From: Candidatus Nanosyncoccus sp. | GTDB lineage: Bacteria > Patescibacteriota > Saccharimonadia > Saccharimonadales > Saccharimonadaceae | Assembly: GCA_045641305.1 (NCBI GenBank) | Contig: JAZUGS010000013.1 | Location: forward strand, 421-64,420 | Direction of reading: 5' to 3' | DNA: 64,000 nucleotides | Shown: positions 18,576-29,048 of the stretch, in pieces | Layout: every line of letters begins with the position of its first letter | How positions within the stretch are numbered: position 1 is the stretch's first letter | The notes under the pieces: generated by a model | The model's database searches: none | Seen by the model: the letters and a program-made list of their open reading frames with translations, nothing else | What the model was told of the DNA's origin: nothing | Made by a program: the position numbers and the translations under genes

Positions 18576-21500
18576 CTATGCAATGCCAAAGAAAGTGCGT
18601 ACTTCGGGCTTGAGGTTTTGTTTGAGGCGCGGATTTGTTTGAATACGATTTTTAATAGCTGCCAAATCTCCTGCAACTGGGGAACCGCTCATACTGCTAC
18701 TACCGGCAATAGCTTCTACCATATCAATAGACATCTGGCTCCATTGGGTATCGGAGAAAGATTTGAGAATGCCACTACGATCTGTAGTACAACGTTTTTG
18801 AAGAAGCTGTAATGCATATTGGCGGTCTTCGCCTTTAGCAGCGAAAGCAAGGTTAGCAATTTGTGGCGATGAGATAGCATTAAGAACTCCACTATTATTG
18901 GTTCCAAGTATAAACTTAATAGCATCTTTATTGGCAGTATTGAAGCCATTATCACCAAGTGGCGCTAGGTAGGCTCCAAGCGAACTTACTCCACCATCTG
19001 CTCTTGGCGCAGCAGTACCTTCAACAAATTCTTTAAAGCTGCCAGAGCCGCCAGCAGCAACATATTTACCATATTGTTTAGCAATTGGTTCAGACATAGT
19101 AGCCATGAAATCTGAAACTGTTTTACGAACGAATGGATCTGTAATGTTAGAGTTATAAACAACGGACATAATGTCTTCAACGCCACCCTTGTCATAGATA
19201 TCTTTGAGTGCAGCACCAACGCGGTTGGTATCAGCATTAGAATTAATGATCTCAGAGGCAAGTACTTTCTTAACATCGCCACGAGTTTGACGAGCAAATT
19301 CTTCGGCATGTTCCTTGAAGCGAGCAGCATCTTGACGTTCTCTTGCAAGACTGGTGGCACGCTCATGAGAGATACGAATTTCACCAACGGCATTAGTGGC
19401 GCTTTCTAACTCGTATTGGTTAGAAAGCTTGTTGGTGCCAGTGTCAACGGCCTGCGTGAGCTGTGCGGTGGTCTGGCCAAGAGTAGCAAGGGACGGCATT
19501 GCGGCGGTGAATGCGGGTCCGGCTACTCTGGCCGCTGCGGCAGCTAATTTATCATCCACTCCAACAAGATTGGCAATTTCTTGAAGTGATTTCCCTGTAA
19601 AGTTTGTGCCACTACTCGATAATGCGTTAGCAAAATCTATTTGACCTTGGCTAAATGTGCCGTTAGTGTTACTAGTAATATACGAAAGACTTCCCGCCAT
19701 AGCTGCTGCAAGAACCGGAGCAAGTGCGTTATTGCTAGAGACACCTGAAACACCACGCATAGCAGTGAGGATATCCTGAGAGGATTTGCCAGCCAAAGAT
19801 GCCCCGGTAGCATCTTGAAGCTTGCGGGCAAGCTCGCGTTGACCGTTAGTATAAGCGCCCGTGGTATCATTGATAATAGAAGCAAGATTACCGGCTTTAG
19901 CAGCACGACTTACGGCTGCGAGTTCACTAGATGGCGGCAGCGAACCATTTTCTGGTAGATTACCTAGTATTGCTTCTCTGCTGATATTAGTATCTTTCAG
20001 TCTGTCTGCGGCTTGGTTGGCAGATACAGTGTCTTTAAGTTGCTGACCAGATTTGATAGCGGCCGCAAGACGACTAGTCTCTGCAGAACCAACACCGTAT
20101 TCAGATTCAAATGTACGAATAGCGTCAGCCTTGCCAAGTGTGCTGTTAATCTGTGAACCAGCATCCGTGAAAGCATTCTGGCGGGCGGCTGTACGCAATT
20201 CTTCGGCATTCGTTTCGGCGTGGCGTTCGGCATTTCCAGCACCATTAGCTTGCTGCGCAGATTGCTGGCGATAAACGCCTTCTGCAATTAAGGCATCGCT
20301 AGCAAAGCGATTGTTTTCGCGTTCTAATCTGCGTTTGGTGTCCGCTTGGTTAATAGAAGCAAGGCGTGCAGCACGAGCATCGCTGAGTTTGTATTTGGAG
20401 CTGTCTATCTTTTCGTTTAGCTTGTTGTAATCTTTTAGATCTTGGCCTTTTAATTCTTCCCCACTGCGTATACGCTGGCGGAAACCTTGCATCTTGCTAC
20501 GCTCTGCTTCGTTTAGCGCTCTATCCTGGCGTCCTTCCAGACGACGACGCGCACGATTATCTAGGCCACCCTGGATACGATTGCGGCCAAAATTTTGACC
20601 TCGTTTGTAGGCTTCTGTGCCTTTGGCGGCATTAAGACCAGATTGGTAACCACGTTTGAGGCTATTACCAATGCCGGCGAGTTTTTCACCTACCATACCA
20701 AGACCAGATAATGTCTTTTTAAGTAAGGACGGGAGAATAAGCCATGGCATGAATGATGCAATTAATGCAACCATAGCCATTGGAAATTCTAATTGTGGAC
20801 TAGAAAAAGCAATGGCACGAACTACAAAGCTTAAGCCATACATAGCGCCACAAATTGGATAGACTAAGAGTGCTGCTTTAAATACATTCCACCATTTTTT
20901 GAATAGGATTTGAGTGTTAGGCAAAATATAACAAGCGCAAGCGAGTGGCGCGAGGCCAATGAATAATGTAATGATAAGAATGCGCGCAGCAAGAGAGGCG
21001 AAGAACATTGTGACAGAGACAACGACAATAAGCAATACAAGAACAGCGATAATTACAATAAGACCAACGCCACTAGCACCTGCACCAGCAACAAGAGTGA
21101 TTCCTGAAGCTAATGCTCCAACTCCGGCAGCAGCACCGCCAGCTACAGCAATAAAGCTACCAACAATATCTGAGACAGTAACGCTCTCTGCCTTGCTATA
21201 ACCAGGCATTCTTTGCGCAATGATTTGGAAAAGCTGGTTAAGACTAGTACCAAGAATGTTAGAAAGATCCACAAGCACTTGGCAAATAATAAAGCTTAAG
21301 TTAATTAGTATGGCCATTGCAATAAGGCGCGGAAGAATCTTTTTAATGCCGTAATTATCTATGCCTACACCTGTAAGTTGAGAAAATATGACTACTAGAA
21401 GAACAACAATGATTAGCACGTTGGCAATATCACGGAAGGCCGCCCATGCCTCGTGTGCTCCACTATTTGAATCATAGAGGTCTGTTTTTACTTCAAGCCA

Positions 21501-22856
21501 TTGATCTATCCATCCTAACAAGCCATCCGTAGTCTTGGTTAGATTGGATTGAGCTGGACACAGAATCCAGGACATAGATTCAATATCACCAGAGTAGCAA
21601 GGGTCACTAGTTGGGCCATTCTCGCCAGCAACTGGATCGGTATAATCTTCTACGTCGACTATAACATCTGGAACATCAACACATTGCAGTCCACCAGCAT
21701 CCGTCGCTGAAGTATAATTGCCGCTACTTTTAATATTTTTAAGTTCATCAAGTTTAGACTGAGCTTCGGCTTTTGCTTCTTCGCTAGATTCGGCATTATT
21801 GATAATCTCTTGATTTTGTGTAATTTTTTCGTCTACAGCACCTGCAAGAGCGGTTTTGCATTGATTCTTAATTTCAGTTTGAATTTTTTCTTGGAATTCT
21901 TCTGCGTAAGTATTAATCTTATCTACCAACGCACCACATGTTGTGGGGCCACCGTCTACAAAAGAACTATGAGAATTACTGTTGTCCGTCTTGCCGTTGC
22001 GATTATAATAAACTGTGCCAATTTCGCCTTTATCATTAACTGTCTTGATGCTAAAATACAAATCATCGTGTTTTAGTTGCCCATCATATTCTTCTTTAAA
22101 GATACTGCCGCTACATGCAGTTTTGAAATCATTAAGATAAAGATAGTAGCCGTCTATTTTGTCGTAATTGCCAAGCGAATCAAAATCTAAAAGATATGGA
22201 TTGTTTGCACCGCTTTTATACTCATCATAAAGTTGTTTAATATAGGTATCTCCGCCATAAATATCTTTAGACGCGTCACGATTAAATACTGGATCATTAG
22301 TATTATATAAATAAGTGGACGCATTTGAACAGTTTTTGTTTTCTCCCAAAACATATCTATAACCACCGCCATAATAACTTCCGGAGGTAGAGTCGTATTC
22401 TGCTGGAGCAAGTAGTCCACCGTAATATGGATCTTTTTTATTACAGATAATATCATTTACACTAACACCAATGGCCTGGGCGAAAAGTTGGGTAATATTT
22501 GCGCTATCATCATTTGAACACCAAATTTCACCATTTTGCACTTTACCCTGAATTTTGTTCTCAAGGTAGGCGCCGGATAGGACATTTGTCGTGCCGGCGA
22601 AAAAATTACCAGTTTTGGCGGTTGAACTAGAAATTCCAGTAGAACTGATAGAGCCGTGACCATCATCGCCGTAACCAATACAAGCTTGAAATTTTTGAGC
22701 AACGAGATGAACCCAGGCTGCTTGCTCAATTTGCTGACGGACGTTGTCTACTGTCACGGTTGTAGGAGCAGCAACGGCCATTGGGGAAAGTACCAAAGAG
22801 ATTAATACTACAATTGTAAGAGCCCATGCTGAAAATTGTTTTAGACGTGTTTTCAT
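18576..22856 (-). CDS. Large membrane protein, TrbL/VirB6-like core with extended termini
   Basis: 1426 aa: signal peptide, Cys-containing extracellular region, and a multi-TM core (WAAFRDIANV, KKILPRL, LARILII, KKWW pattern) followed by a long helical tail. Confidence 0.65.
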   Translation of the reverse strand: MKTRLKQFSAWALTIVVLISLVLSPMAVAAPTTVTVDNVRQQIEQAAWVHLVAQKFQACIGYGDDGHGSISSTGISSSTAKTGNFFAGTTNVLSGAYLENKIQGKVQNGEIWCSNDDSANITQLFAQAIGVSVNDIICNKKDPYYGGLLAPAEYDSTSGSYYGGGYRYVLGENKNCSNASTYLYNTNDPVFNRDASKDIYGGDTYIKQLYDEYKSGANNPYLLDFDSLGNYDKIDGYYLYLNDFKTACSGSIFKEEYDGQLKHDDLYFSIKTVNDKGEIGTVYYNRNGKTDNSNSHSSFVDGGPTTCGALVDKINTYAEEFQEKIQTEIKNQCKTALAGAVDEKITQNQEIINNAESSEEAKAEAQSKLDELKNIKSSGNYTSATDAGGLQCVDVPDVIVDVEDYTDPVAGENGPTSDPCYSGDIESMSWILCPAQSNLTKTTDGLLGWIDQWLEVKTDLYDSNSGAHEAWAAFRDIANVLIIVVLLVVIFSQLTGVGIDNYGIKKILPRLIAMAILINLSFIICQVLVDLSNILGTSLNQLFQIIAQRMPGYSKAESVTVSDIVGSFIAVAGGAAAGVGALASGITLVAGAGASGVGLIVIIAVLVLLIVVVSVTMFFASLAARILIITLFIGLAPLACACYILPNTQILFKKWWNVFKAALLVYPICGAMYGLSFVVRAIAFSSPQLEFPMAMVALIASFMPWLILPSLLKKTLSGLGMVGEKLAGIGNSLKRGYQSGLNAAKGTEAYKRGQNFGRNRIQGGLDNRARRRLEGRQDRALNEAERSKMQGFRQRIRSGEELKGQDLKDYNKLNEKIDSSKYKLSDARAARLASINQADTKRRLERENNRFASDALIAEGVYRQQSAQQANGAGNAERHAETNAEELRTAARQNAFTDAGSQINSTLGKADAIRTFESEYGVGSAETSRLAAAIKSGQQLKDTVSANQAADRLKDTNISREAILGNLPENGSLPPSSELAAVSRAAKAGNLASIINDTTGAYTNGQRELARKLQDATGASLAGKSSQDILTAMRGVSGVSSNNALAPVLAAAMAGSLSYITSNTNGTFSQGQIDFANALSSSGTNFTGKSLQEIANLVGVDDKLAAAAARVAGPAFTAAMPSLATLGQTTAQLTQAVDTGTNKLSNQYELESATNAVGEIRISHERATSLARERQDAARFKEHAEEFARQTRGDVKKVLASEIINSNADTNRVGAALKDIYDKGGVEDIMSVVYNSNITDPFVRKTVSDFMATMSEPIAKQYGKYVAAGGSGSFKEFVEGTAAPRADGGVSSLGAYLAPLGDNGFNTANKDAIKFILGTNNSGVLNAISSPQIANLAFAAKGEDRQYALQLLQKRCTTDRSGILKSFSDTQWSQMSIDMVEAIAGSSSMSGSPVAGDLAAIKNRIQTNPRLKQNLKPEVRTFFGIA

Positions 22857-23491
22857 TTTTTAGGCTCGCTTTCTTTAATAAGCTCAACGATATGATATAT
22901 TTTTTCTTCATATAAAAAGTCTGTCTCTGCGGAAAAAATTTCTGTTGCCTTTGAAGTGTCATCTAATGGCAACACATTATCTTCGCTACTATAGGATTGG
23001 TAAAAGGACTCGTAGCTAGAAAAAGATCTTTTGTATGCTTCAACATCAGATATAATTTGCGCGAGAAGTGCTTGATATTCTGCCTTTACGTCGTTATTAA
23101 AAGTTTTTTGCGAAAGCGTAGCCAACTTGGTTGAGAATGATTCAAAGTTCTCCATGTCTTGGCGAATTGAGTTATAAGTGTCCGGCTGAATGATATCTAC
23201 GACTCTTAAATCTCCGTCTTTGGCAGCGAGAAAGATTTCTTGGAGATGATTTGCAGACGGGGCATATTCTTCAAGAGTTTGTGCCAATTCGGACTGATTG
23301 GAGTGGATTTCTCTTTGCTGTGAACCCGCAAAAAAATACCACGCGGCAGCACCGGCGGCGAGGAGAATGAGGATAATTAAGACAATGACAAGGGGTTTCT
23401 TGGACTTTTTGGCGGGAGCGGAAGGTGACAAAATGATATCACCAGTATTCGGGCTAGGTGAAAAAACAGCATTATTCTGAAATGGGTCCAT
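22853..23491 (-). CDS. Hypothetical single-TM protein
   Basis: 212 aa with a Pro-rich N-terminus and one TM segment. Confidence 0.7.
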   Translation of the reverse strand: MDPFQNNAVFSPSPNTGDIILSPSAPAKKSKKPLVIVLIILILLAAGAAAWYFFAGSQQREIHSNQSELAQTLEEYAPSANHLQEIFLAAKDGDLRVVDIIQPDTYNSIRQDMENFESFSTKLATLSQKTFNNDVKAEYQALLAQIISDVEAYKRSFSSYESFYQSYSSEDNVLPLDDTSKATEIFSAETDFLYEEKIYHIVELIKESEPKK

Positions 23492-23544
23492 ACATTTTTA
23501 ATTATATCATAAGCATTTTGAAATGACGATAAAAAACGCAACAA

Positions 23545-23572
23545 AAAATCCCTCACGAGGAGGGATTTTTCG
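23545..23572 (-). terminator. Intrinsic terminator after the DUF11-like gene
   Basis: AAAAAATCCCTC-loop-GAGGGATTTTT. Confidence 0.7.
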
Positions 23573-23594
23573 CATTAACGTGAAGCGGCCAAGA

Positions 23595-24881
23595 CTACAT
23601 CAATTTTTTGCGGCTAGCAACATAGTAACCAAGGCTGGTCACGATAGAACCGGCACCGATTGCGCCAGAGACGATGGTACCAGCACCGGTATCAACGATA
23701 ACTTCTGGAGTTTCGCCTGGATCATCTGGAGTTGGATCATCTGGAGTTGGCTTGTCTTTACAAGTCTCGTCGTTTTTCTCAACCATTACTGAAGCGTCGT
23801 CTTTGGTAACTTTAGAGTTTACCGTAGAACTTGCCCAGTTAACAAGCTTGTTGGAACCACAAGCAAGAGATTTGTCGGTAACTTTGGCAGTGAAACGAAC
23901 ATAGGCGTTACCCTTGGCAGAGTAGCTACCAATGTTGATGCCAGAAGTTGTGACAGTGTTATCTTTCAACTGAACACCAGATTGGTATTTAGCATTGTAA
24001 AGATAGGTAGAATCTTTGACATATTCCATATTGGTTGGAAGAATGTCGCGGATCATAACGTTGTTAACGGTTTCAGCAGAAAGGTTAACGTATTCGATTT
24101 GGTATTCAACCTCATCACCGATTTTAGCGGTAACGGATTCAGACCAGTTTTTAGTACCTTTGATACGAACGGTCTTGGAAAGTTTGGTAGAAACGGATTT
24201 ATGGACTTTGACGTTAATAGTAACGACACCGTCATATTCGTAACAACCAGGGATTTTACCGTTTAAGGCTTCATAACCGATAGTTGCACCAGAGGTGATA
24301 ACTTTGTTTGGAAGAGAGACGGTACCAAGTTTGGCGTTGGTATATTTAGCAGAACCTTCGACGTATTCGATATAAAAATCGTCGTTAGATTTCAGGGTTA
24401 CTTCATCCCAATAACGGCCTGGAGTGGCGTTTGAAGAATCAAGATAACCGATTACAGTATGAGAGGTAGAAACGGTGGTTGGAAGGCTAAAAGTAGCTTT
24501 TACGCCTTCAGCAATGGCTTCTTTACCTTTTGGACTGTTATTGTGAACGTAAAGACGGATAGTATAAGTTTCACCATCTTTGACGTTAATTTCATCAGCT
24601 TTCCAAGTTAAGTTGGAAGAGCCGGTGTTGCTCCAATCAATTTTGGAGGTTTCGATAGCACCGACGAAGTTTTTCTCGTCGCCGATTTTACCATCGGAAA
24701 TAGAGTTAAAGGTAATGGTGTCACCGAGTTTGCCATCGTTGATTTCAGCGATAGTGTAGCTAGGACGACCATTATCAGAGTCACCCCAAGCACGTACAAT
24801 GGCTGGGGTAGCAAGAGCACCAGCAACCGTAGCAACGGCAGCGATACTCAAAATAGTTTTAGAAACTTTTTTCATAAGCAT
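23595..24881 (-). CDS. Surface protein with DUF11-like repeat domains and a C-terminal anchor
   Basis: Signal peptide; GDEVEYQIEY...NVMIRDILPTNMEYV...VRFTAKV; PDDP linker; VDTG plus TM plus a basic tail. Confidence 0.7.
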   Translation of the reverse strand: MLMKKVSKTILSIAAVATVAGALATPAIVRAWGDSDNGRPSYTIAEINDGKLGDTITFNSISDGKIGDEKNFVGAIETSKIDWSNTGSSNLTWKADEINVKDGETYTIRLYVHNNSPKGKEAIAEGVKATFSLPTTVSTSHTVIGYLDSSNATPGRYWDEVTLKSNDDFYIEYVEGSAKYTNAKLGTVSLPNKVITSGATIGYEALNGKIPGCYEYDGVVTINVKVHKSVSTKLSKTVRIKGTKNWSESVTAKIGDEVEYQIEYVNLSAETVNNVMIRDILPTNMEYVKDSTYLYNAKYQSGVQLKDNTVTTSGINIGSYSAKGNAYVRFTAKVTDKSLACGSNKLVNWASSTVNSKVTKDDASVMVEKNDETCKDKPTPDDPTPDDPGETPEVIVDTGAGTIVSGAIGAGSIVTSLGYYVASRKKLM

Positions 24882-25044
24882 CCTTTCTAATTAATTTAAT
24901 TTAGGTTGGTTTTTGCTAGCCGAATTGTTAATTTTCGTCTTTTACCACCAACCGAATCGTCTCAGTTTCAAATATCATAGAGTTGCCTGGCGGTTTTTAT
25001 GCCGCCAGGCGGGAAAGTGCGGTCTATACGATGACGAGTTTGAC

Positions 25045-26850
25045 TCAATCTGCGGGTCCCCCCCAGGATCCAGCAGGATTACTCTCGTCATTTGCAATGG
25101 TATTGCCATCACTAGTTTTTGCCTCATCCTCTACAGGAGTCGGCGTGTCGATACCACCGTTACCGGTGCCCTTTGCAGAATTATCATCGACCTTGGTATT
25201 TTTATCCTCAGTCTTCGGTTTCTGCTGCTCTTCCTGATCTTCGTTGGCCTCTTTGATTTCTTCGATCGCCTCTTCATACTCGTCGTAGGTCATATAATCA
25301 GAGTTTGTAGCCTGATCTTCGGTTGAGATAGTGGCGCCTTCACCATTGTTGGTATCTTTGCCAGGTCCCTTGTTGTCATTCGAAGCAACGAGATCTCCCT
25401 GAGTACCCTGGGTTTTGTCTTTATTGTAACCAGAGTCATCGGAATTACCAGAGTCATTACCGCCAGAATTTTCAGTTTCGGTCTCAGAAGTCGACTTGGA
25501 CTCAGCCGGAGTGTCATCCAGGATTACCGGTGCGCGGTCATAGATGTCGAAATATTCAACATACAGAACCTTACCTTTTTCCTTTGTGAGGTGAGTAATG
25601 ACAATAACATCGTTATAATCCTCATCCTCAACATACTCTTTCTTGATGGTTTTCAACTTGGATAAGTCGAAAGTGCCATCCGCAGAGTAAGCCCCGGTTT
25701 CATCCAGTCTCCAGACATACTTGGTGGTAACGTCTTTCCTGACTTCCGTGGTAGTACAGTCGAAGAGGAGTTCGCCAATTACCGCGTATCTAAGATACTC
25801 TTTGGTGAGCAAGAATTCTCCGTCTTTGTTCTGCTCCTCAACAAAATACTCTACGCCTTTCTCATTAAAGAGTTCGACATATTTCTTAACTGCCGGGTAC
25901 TTGTCTGCCACGGTGGTGCCATCCTTGTAGGTGATTTCGGACAATCTGTCGAAACGAGCTGCAAGCCAAATGGGGTTTCTGAGCTCGTCCATCAGTTCGT
26001 CTTTCATCACTTTTTCGGATTTGCCGCTGCTGAGCGGGATGCTGATACCGTCCTCGAACAACCTGTCTCTCTTAGAAGAAGGAAGACTGTTGCAATTAAG
26101 GGTGGCGTCTTTCAAGCCAGATTTTTCGAGAATGACCTCAAATTCACTGTCCGAAAGGCTCATGACCTTAGCAATTTCACTCGCCTGGGCATCTACTTCC
26201 GTTTGCTCAGCTTTGGTTAGGTCATCGTTTCCAAAGCTGAGCTTAGGAAAATTTGACCAAGCACCTCCGGTGATGAGCATGATTGCCAGGATAATGGTGA
26301 ACACACCCATCAGCACTCTGCCGACGACAAGGTGATTACGACCGATCCCCAGGCTATAATGCCTGTAGAGGAACCAGAAGACCACGAATACGCCAATGCC
26401 ACCCACCAGAAGCAGGCTCGGAAGAAGCATAATAAGGCTTCCCCAAAATGCGCTCTGGATAAGTGCGGCAGTCATTGCAGCGGTGGATTTGGTAGTAAAG
26501 AATACCACCAAGAGCAAGAGTGTAAGCCAGAAAAATTCCTTGACTTCACATGCTCTGATGCGTCCCCACGCAATGATACCGATCATGACGGCGAGCATAG
26601 CGATGAAAAACACCGGTGCCAGCCACAGCAGATTTGCCAGTTCCGGAGTGAAATAATTGATTGCCCCTACGCCAGCGCCAAGAATTGCGGACATCATCCA
26701 AGTGGTGCTGTCGGTTCTGTTGAACCAACTAATTTTAAACGAAGGGTTGCGTACAAATAACGTTCCGCCTGCAAGCAGGTGGAAGCAAGTGGATGCAATC
26801 AGCATGATGCCGATCGCTAAAGCGATTGAAAAAATGATTAAAAACAACAT
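25045..26850 (-). CDS. Hypothetical membrane protein (multi-TM N-terminus, acidic low-complexity C-terminus)
   Basis: 601-aa ORF with an AAGGAGG SD and a leader of about 190 nt. Confidence 0.75.
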   Translation of the reverse strand: MLFLIIFSIALAIGIMLIASTCFHLLAGGTLFVRNPSFKISWFNRTDSTTWMMSAILGAGVGAINYFTPELANLLWLAPVFFIAMLAVMIGIIAWGRIRACEVKEFFWLTLLLLVVFFTTKSTAAMTAALIQSAFWGSLIMLLPSLLLVGGIGVFVVFWFLYRHYSLGIGRNHLVVGRVLMGVFTIILAIMLITGGAWSNFPKLSFGNDDLTKAEQTEVDAQASEIAKVMSLSDSEFEVILEKSGLKDATLNCNSLPSSKRDRLFEDGISIPLSSGKSEKVMKDELMDELRNPIWLAARFDRLSEITYKDGTTVADKYPAVKKYVELFNEKGVEYFVEEQNKDGEFLLTKEYLRYAVIGELLFDCTTTEVRKDVTTKYVWRLDETGAYSADGTFDLSKLKTIKKEYVEDEDYNDVIVITHLTKEKGKVLYVEYFDIYDRAPVILDDTPAESKSTSETETENSGGNDSGNSDDSGYNKDKTQGTQGDLVASNDNKGPGKDTNNGEGATISTEDQATNSDYMTYDEYEEAIEEIKEANEDQEEQQKPKTEDKNTKVDDNSAKGTGNGGIDTPTPVEDEAKTSDGNTIANDESNPAGSWGGPAD

Positions 26851-27181
26851 AGTGTTTACCTCCTTTTGAGATTTTTATTTTTCAGATTGGAGGCAAACAC
26901 GCCTCCGTTTGGGGGGGTGTTTGTAGTCATCGTATAGACTTTATAAAAAACAGATTTCAAAATTTGAAATCTGAGATGATTCGGTTGTTAATGGCCGTCA
27001 AGCTTAAGGGGTTTCACCTCTAAAGCTCAGACTACTTACATTGTATCACACTTTAGCTAATTTGTCAATATAATTACCATATTTATTGCTTATGGTAAAA
27101 TTTTTCTAAACAAAAAGAAAAACGCCGGATAAACCGACGTTTTCCCCCTTAAAAGGTGCGTAGTGTAGTTGTGTACCCAAG

Positions 27182-28096
27182 TTAGCCGAGGTACTTGATC
27201 TTGTGAGGTGAAGCGGTAGCAAGTTCGTAGCTGAACTTATCGCTGCCGTCCGCCTTGACGCCAATCATGACACGAGCAAGCTCGTACCAAACGACAGGAT
27301 CGTCGTAATCGTTCGCTTCCGCAAACGAGGTGAAAACTTCGCTACCATCTGCAGCCGCGAGGGCGTAGGTGCGAGTCTTCTTAGTCTTGCCGGATACAGA
27401 GGTCTTGGTGATAACCGGAACGCTGAGCTTTTTGCCGTTGAATTTGATTTTGAGCTTCTTGACGGAATCGTCATCAGAATCTTCATCATCAGGATCATCG
27501 GTAGCTTCGGGTTCGTCGGGGTCGCCAGACTTCTTGGGCTTTTTGTCCTTGTTGCCCTCGCTCAGCGTAGTGATAACAGGGAGGCCAGCATCATTATACG
27601 AGATCTGCTGGATGTTCTTTCCCTGGTTCATCGCGGCAATCAGCTGCGGAATTGCGAGCGGATCATCTGCTGCGATGGTGGCGCCGTCGATGAGGTAGTA
27701 AGCCTTGGGCTTATCCTTATCTTTGGCGGAATCGCTGGGGTCGTCGTCATCGTCGTCTTCGTCGTCACCGAAATAATCGGAGGCGAGATCAGAGAAGGTG
27801 GAGTAGCGCTTCTTCATGATCTCCTTGAGGTCATCATGAGAAAAAGGCTTCTTGCCTGCTTCAACGGCCTTGACGTCGCCAGAGAGGGCCTGGCCGAGGT
27901 CATTCAGGATAACCTGAAGATCCTCTTCGATAGCCTTGGACTTGTCCTTCTTGCCATTACGGTCTGCAGAGCGCTTTGCGCGGGCGGCGAGCGACTTGAC
28001 ATAGTTCATCACATCACCGTACTGGTGGCGAATTTCTTCCGCGGTGGGAAGAGCAGTTGTGGTTTCGGGTTTCTTTGAATAAATGTTCTGAGGCAT
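27182..28096 (-). CDS. Hypothetical acidic protein, GC-rich codon usage
   Basis: AAAGGAG SD before MPQNI; poly-Asp tracts. Confidence 0.7.
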   Translation of the reverse strand: MPQNIYSKKPETTTALPTAEEIRHQYGDVMNYVKSLAARAKRSADRNGKKDKSKAIEEDLQVILNDLGQALSGDVKAVEAGKKPFSHDDLKEIMKKRYSTFSDLASDYFGDDEDDDDDDPSDSAKDKDKPKAYYLIDGATIAADDPLAIPQLIAAMNQGKNIQQISYNDAGLPVITTLSEGNKDKKPKKSGDPDEPEATDDPDDEDSDDDSVKKLKIKFNGKKLSVPVITKTSVSGKTKKTRTYALAAADGSEVFTSFAEANDYDDPVVWYELARVMIGVKADGSDKFSYELATASPHKIKYLG

Positions 28097-28296
28097 GATA
28101 AAATCTCCTTTTCTAAAAATCGTTCTGTGGCTGGACCACAATTTTTGGGACAGGCTAACTTGTTAAACTACGGTTTTACAACTACGCTTTCATTATAGCA
28201 CATATGTTAAAATATGTCAATAGTTATATCATAAAAACCATATGCTTAACAAAAAAACAGCCCTCGCGGGCCTCCGTCCAATCCTCAAAGACTTGT

Positions 28297-28370
28297 TGGT
28301 GCGAGTGGAGGGAGTCGAACCCTCATCCCAAGTTTGGAAAACTTGTATACTAACCGCTGTACTACACTCG
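28297..28370 (-). tRNA. tRNA-Gly(TCC)
   Basis: Cloverleaf GCGAGTG...TT-TCC-AA...GGTTCGACT...CACCA. Confidence 0.92.
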
Positions 28371-28384
28371 CATTTTAAGGGGTA

Positions 28385-28462
28385 TGGGGCGAGATATCGG
28401 GATCGAACCGACGACCTTCTGGACCACAATCAGACGCTCTAACCATCTGAGCTAATCTCGCC
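28385..28462 (-). tRNA. tRNA-His(GTG)
   Basis: Cloverleaf with anticodon loop TT-GTG-GT, G-1 and an encoded CCA. Confidence 0.92.
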
Positions 28463-28484
28463 ATGTTTTGTATTATATCACACT

Positions 28485-29048
28485 TTATTTTGGAAGTAAA
28501 AGAAAGGCAATAGTGCCGACAGTGGCGCCAAAGATAATGGTCAAAATGATTGTGATAGCGAGGCCAACTTTGGACTCTTTTTTTGGCTTATCAATAATCG
28601 TGATAGTGGCAGCCGGCTCCTCTTTGATAGGCTCTGCCAAAGGTTTTTTATAGACATTTTTAGAGAGCGGACGCTTTTTGATGGCCGTGGTATTGATAAA
28701 TTGTGGCTGAGTGGCACGGGCAGCAGGTTTTGCGGGCTCAATGTTAAATGGCTCGTGTTCGATTGATTGAGATGTGAGAGAAACAGTGGAAACCGATTTT
28801 TGAGGAGTAGCAGGCTGAGTGGCTGAGGCAATAGGATGCTTAACTGGTGCGGCAGGAGTTTTAAGTGAATGGTCTGAGATTTTGCGAGCTTTAATAATTT
28901 CGATTTCGGTTTTTTCAACAACAAAATGTGGGGTCTCTTTGGGAGTAGCTTTTACAGTAGCCTTAACTGGAGTGGGTTTGACAGGGGTAGGTTTAACCGG
29001 CTCTTTATTAGGTTTTACTGGGACGAAATCGATATAACGTTTGTTCAT
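28485..29048 (-). CDS. Hypothetical Pro/Lys-rich protein with C-terminal TM
   Basis: PVKPT repeats and a C-terminal hydrophobic helix. Confidence 0.7.
   Translation of the reverse strand: MNKRYIDFVPVKPNKEPVKPTPVKPTPVKATVKATPKETPHFVVEKTEIEIIKARKISDHSLKTPAAPVKHPIASATQPATPQKSVSTVSLTSQSIEHEPFNIEPAKPAARATQPQFINTTAIKKRPLSKNVYKKPLAEPIKEEPAATITIIDKPKKESKVGLAITIILTIIFGATVGTIAFLLLPK

Noticed and set aside
28541-28980. PVKPT and PDDPT short peptide repeats (also at about 23700-23760)
   Set aside because: These are ordinary low-complexity linkers of membrane-anchored proteins.
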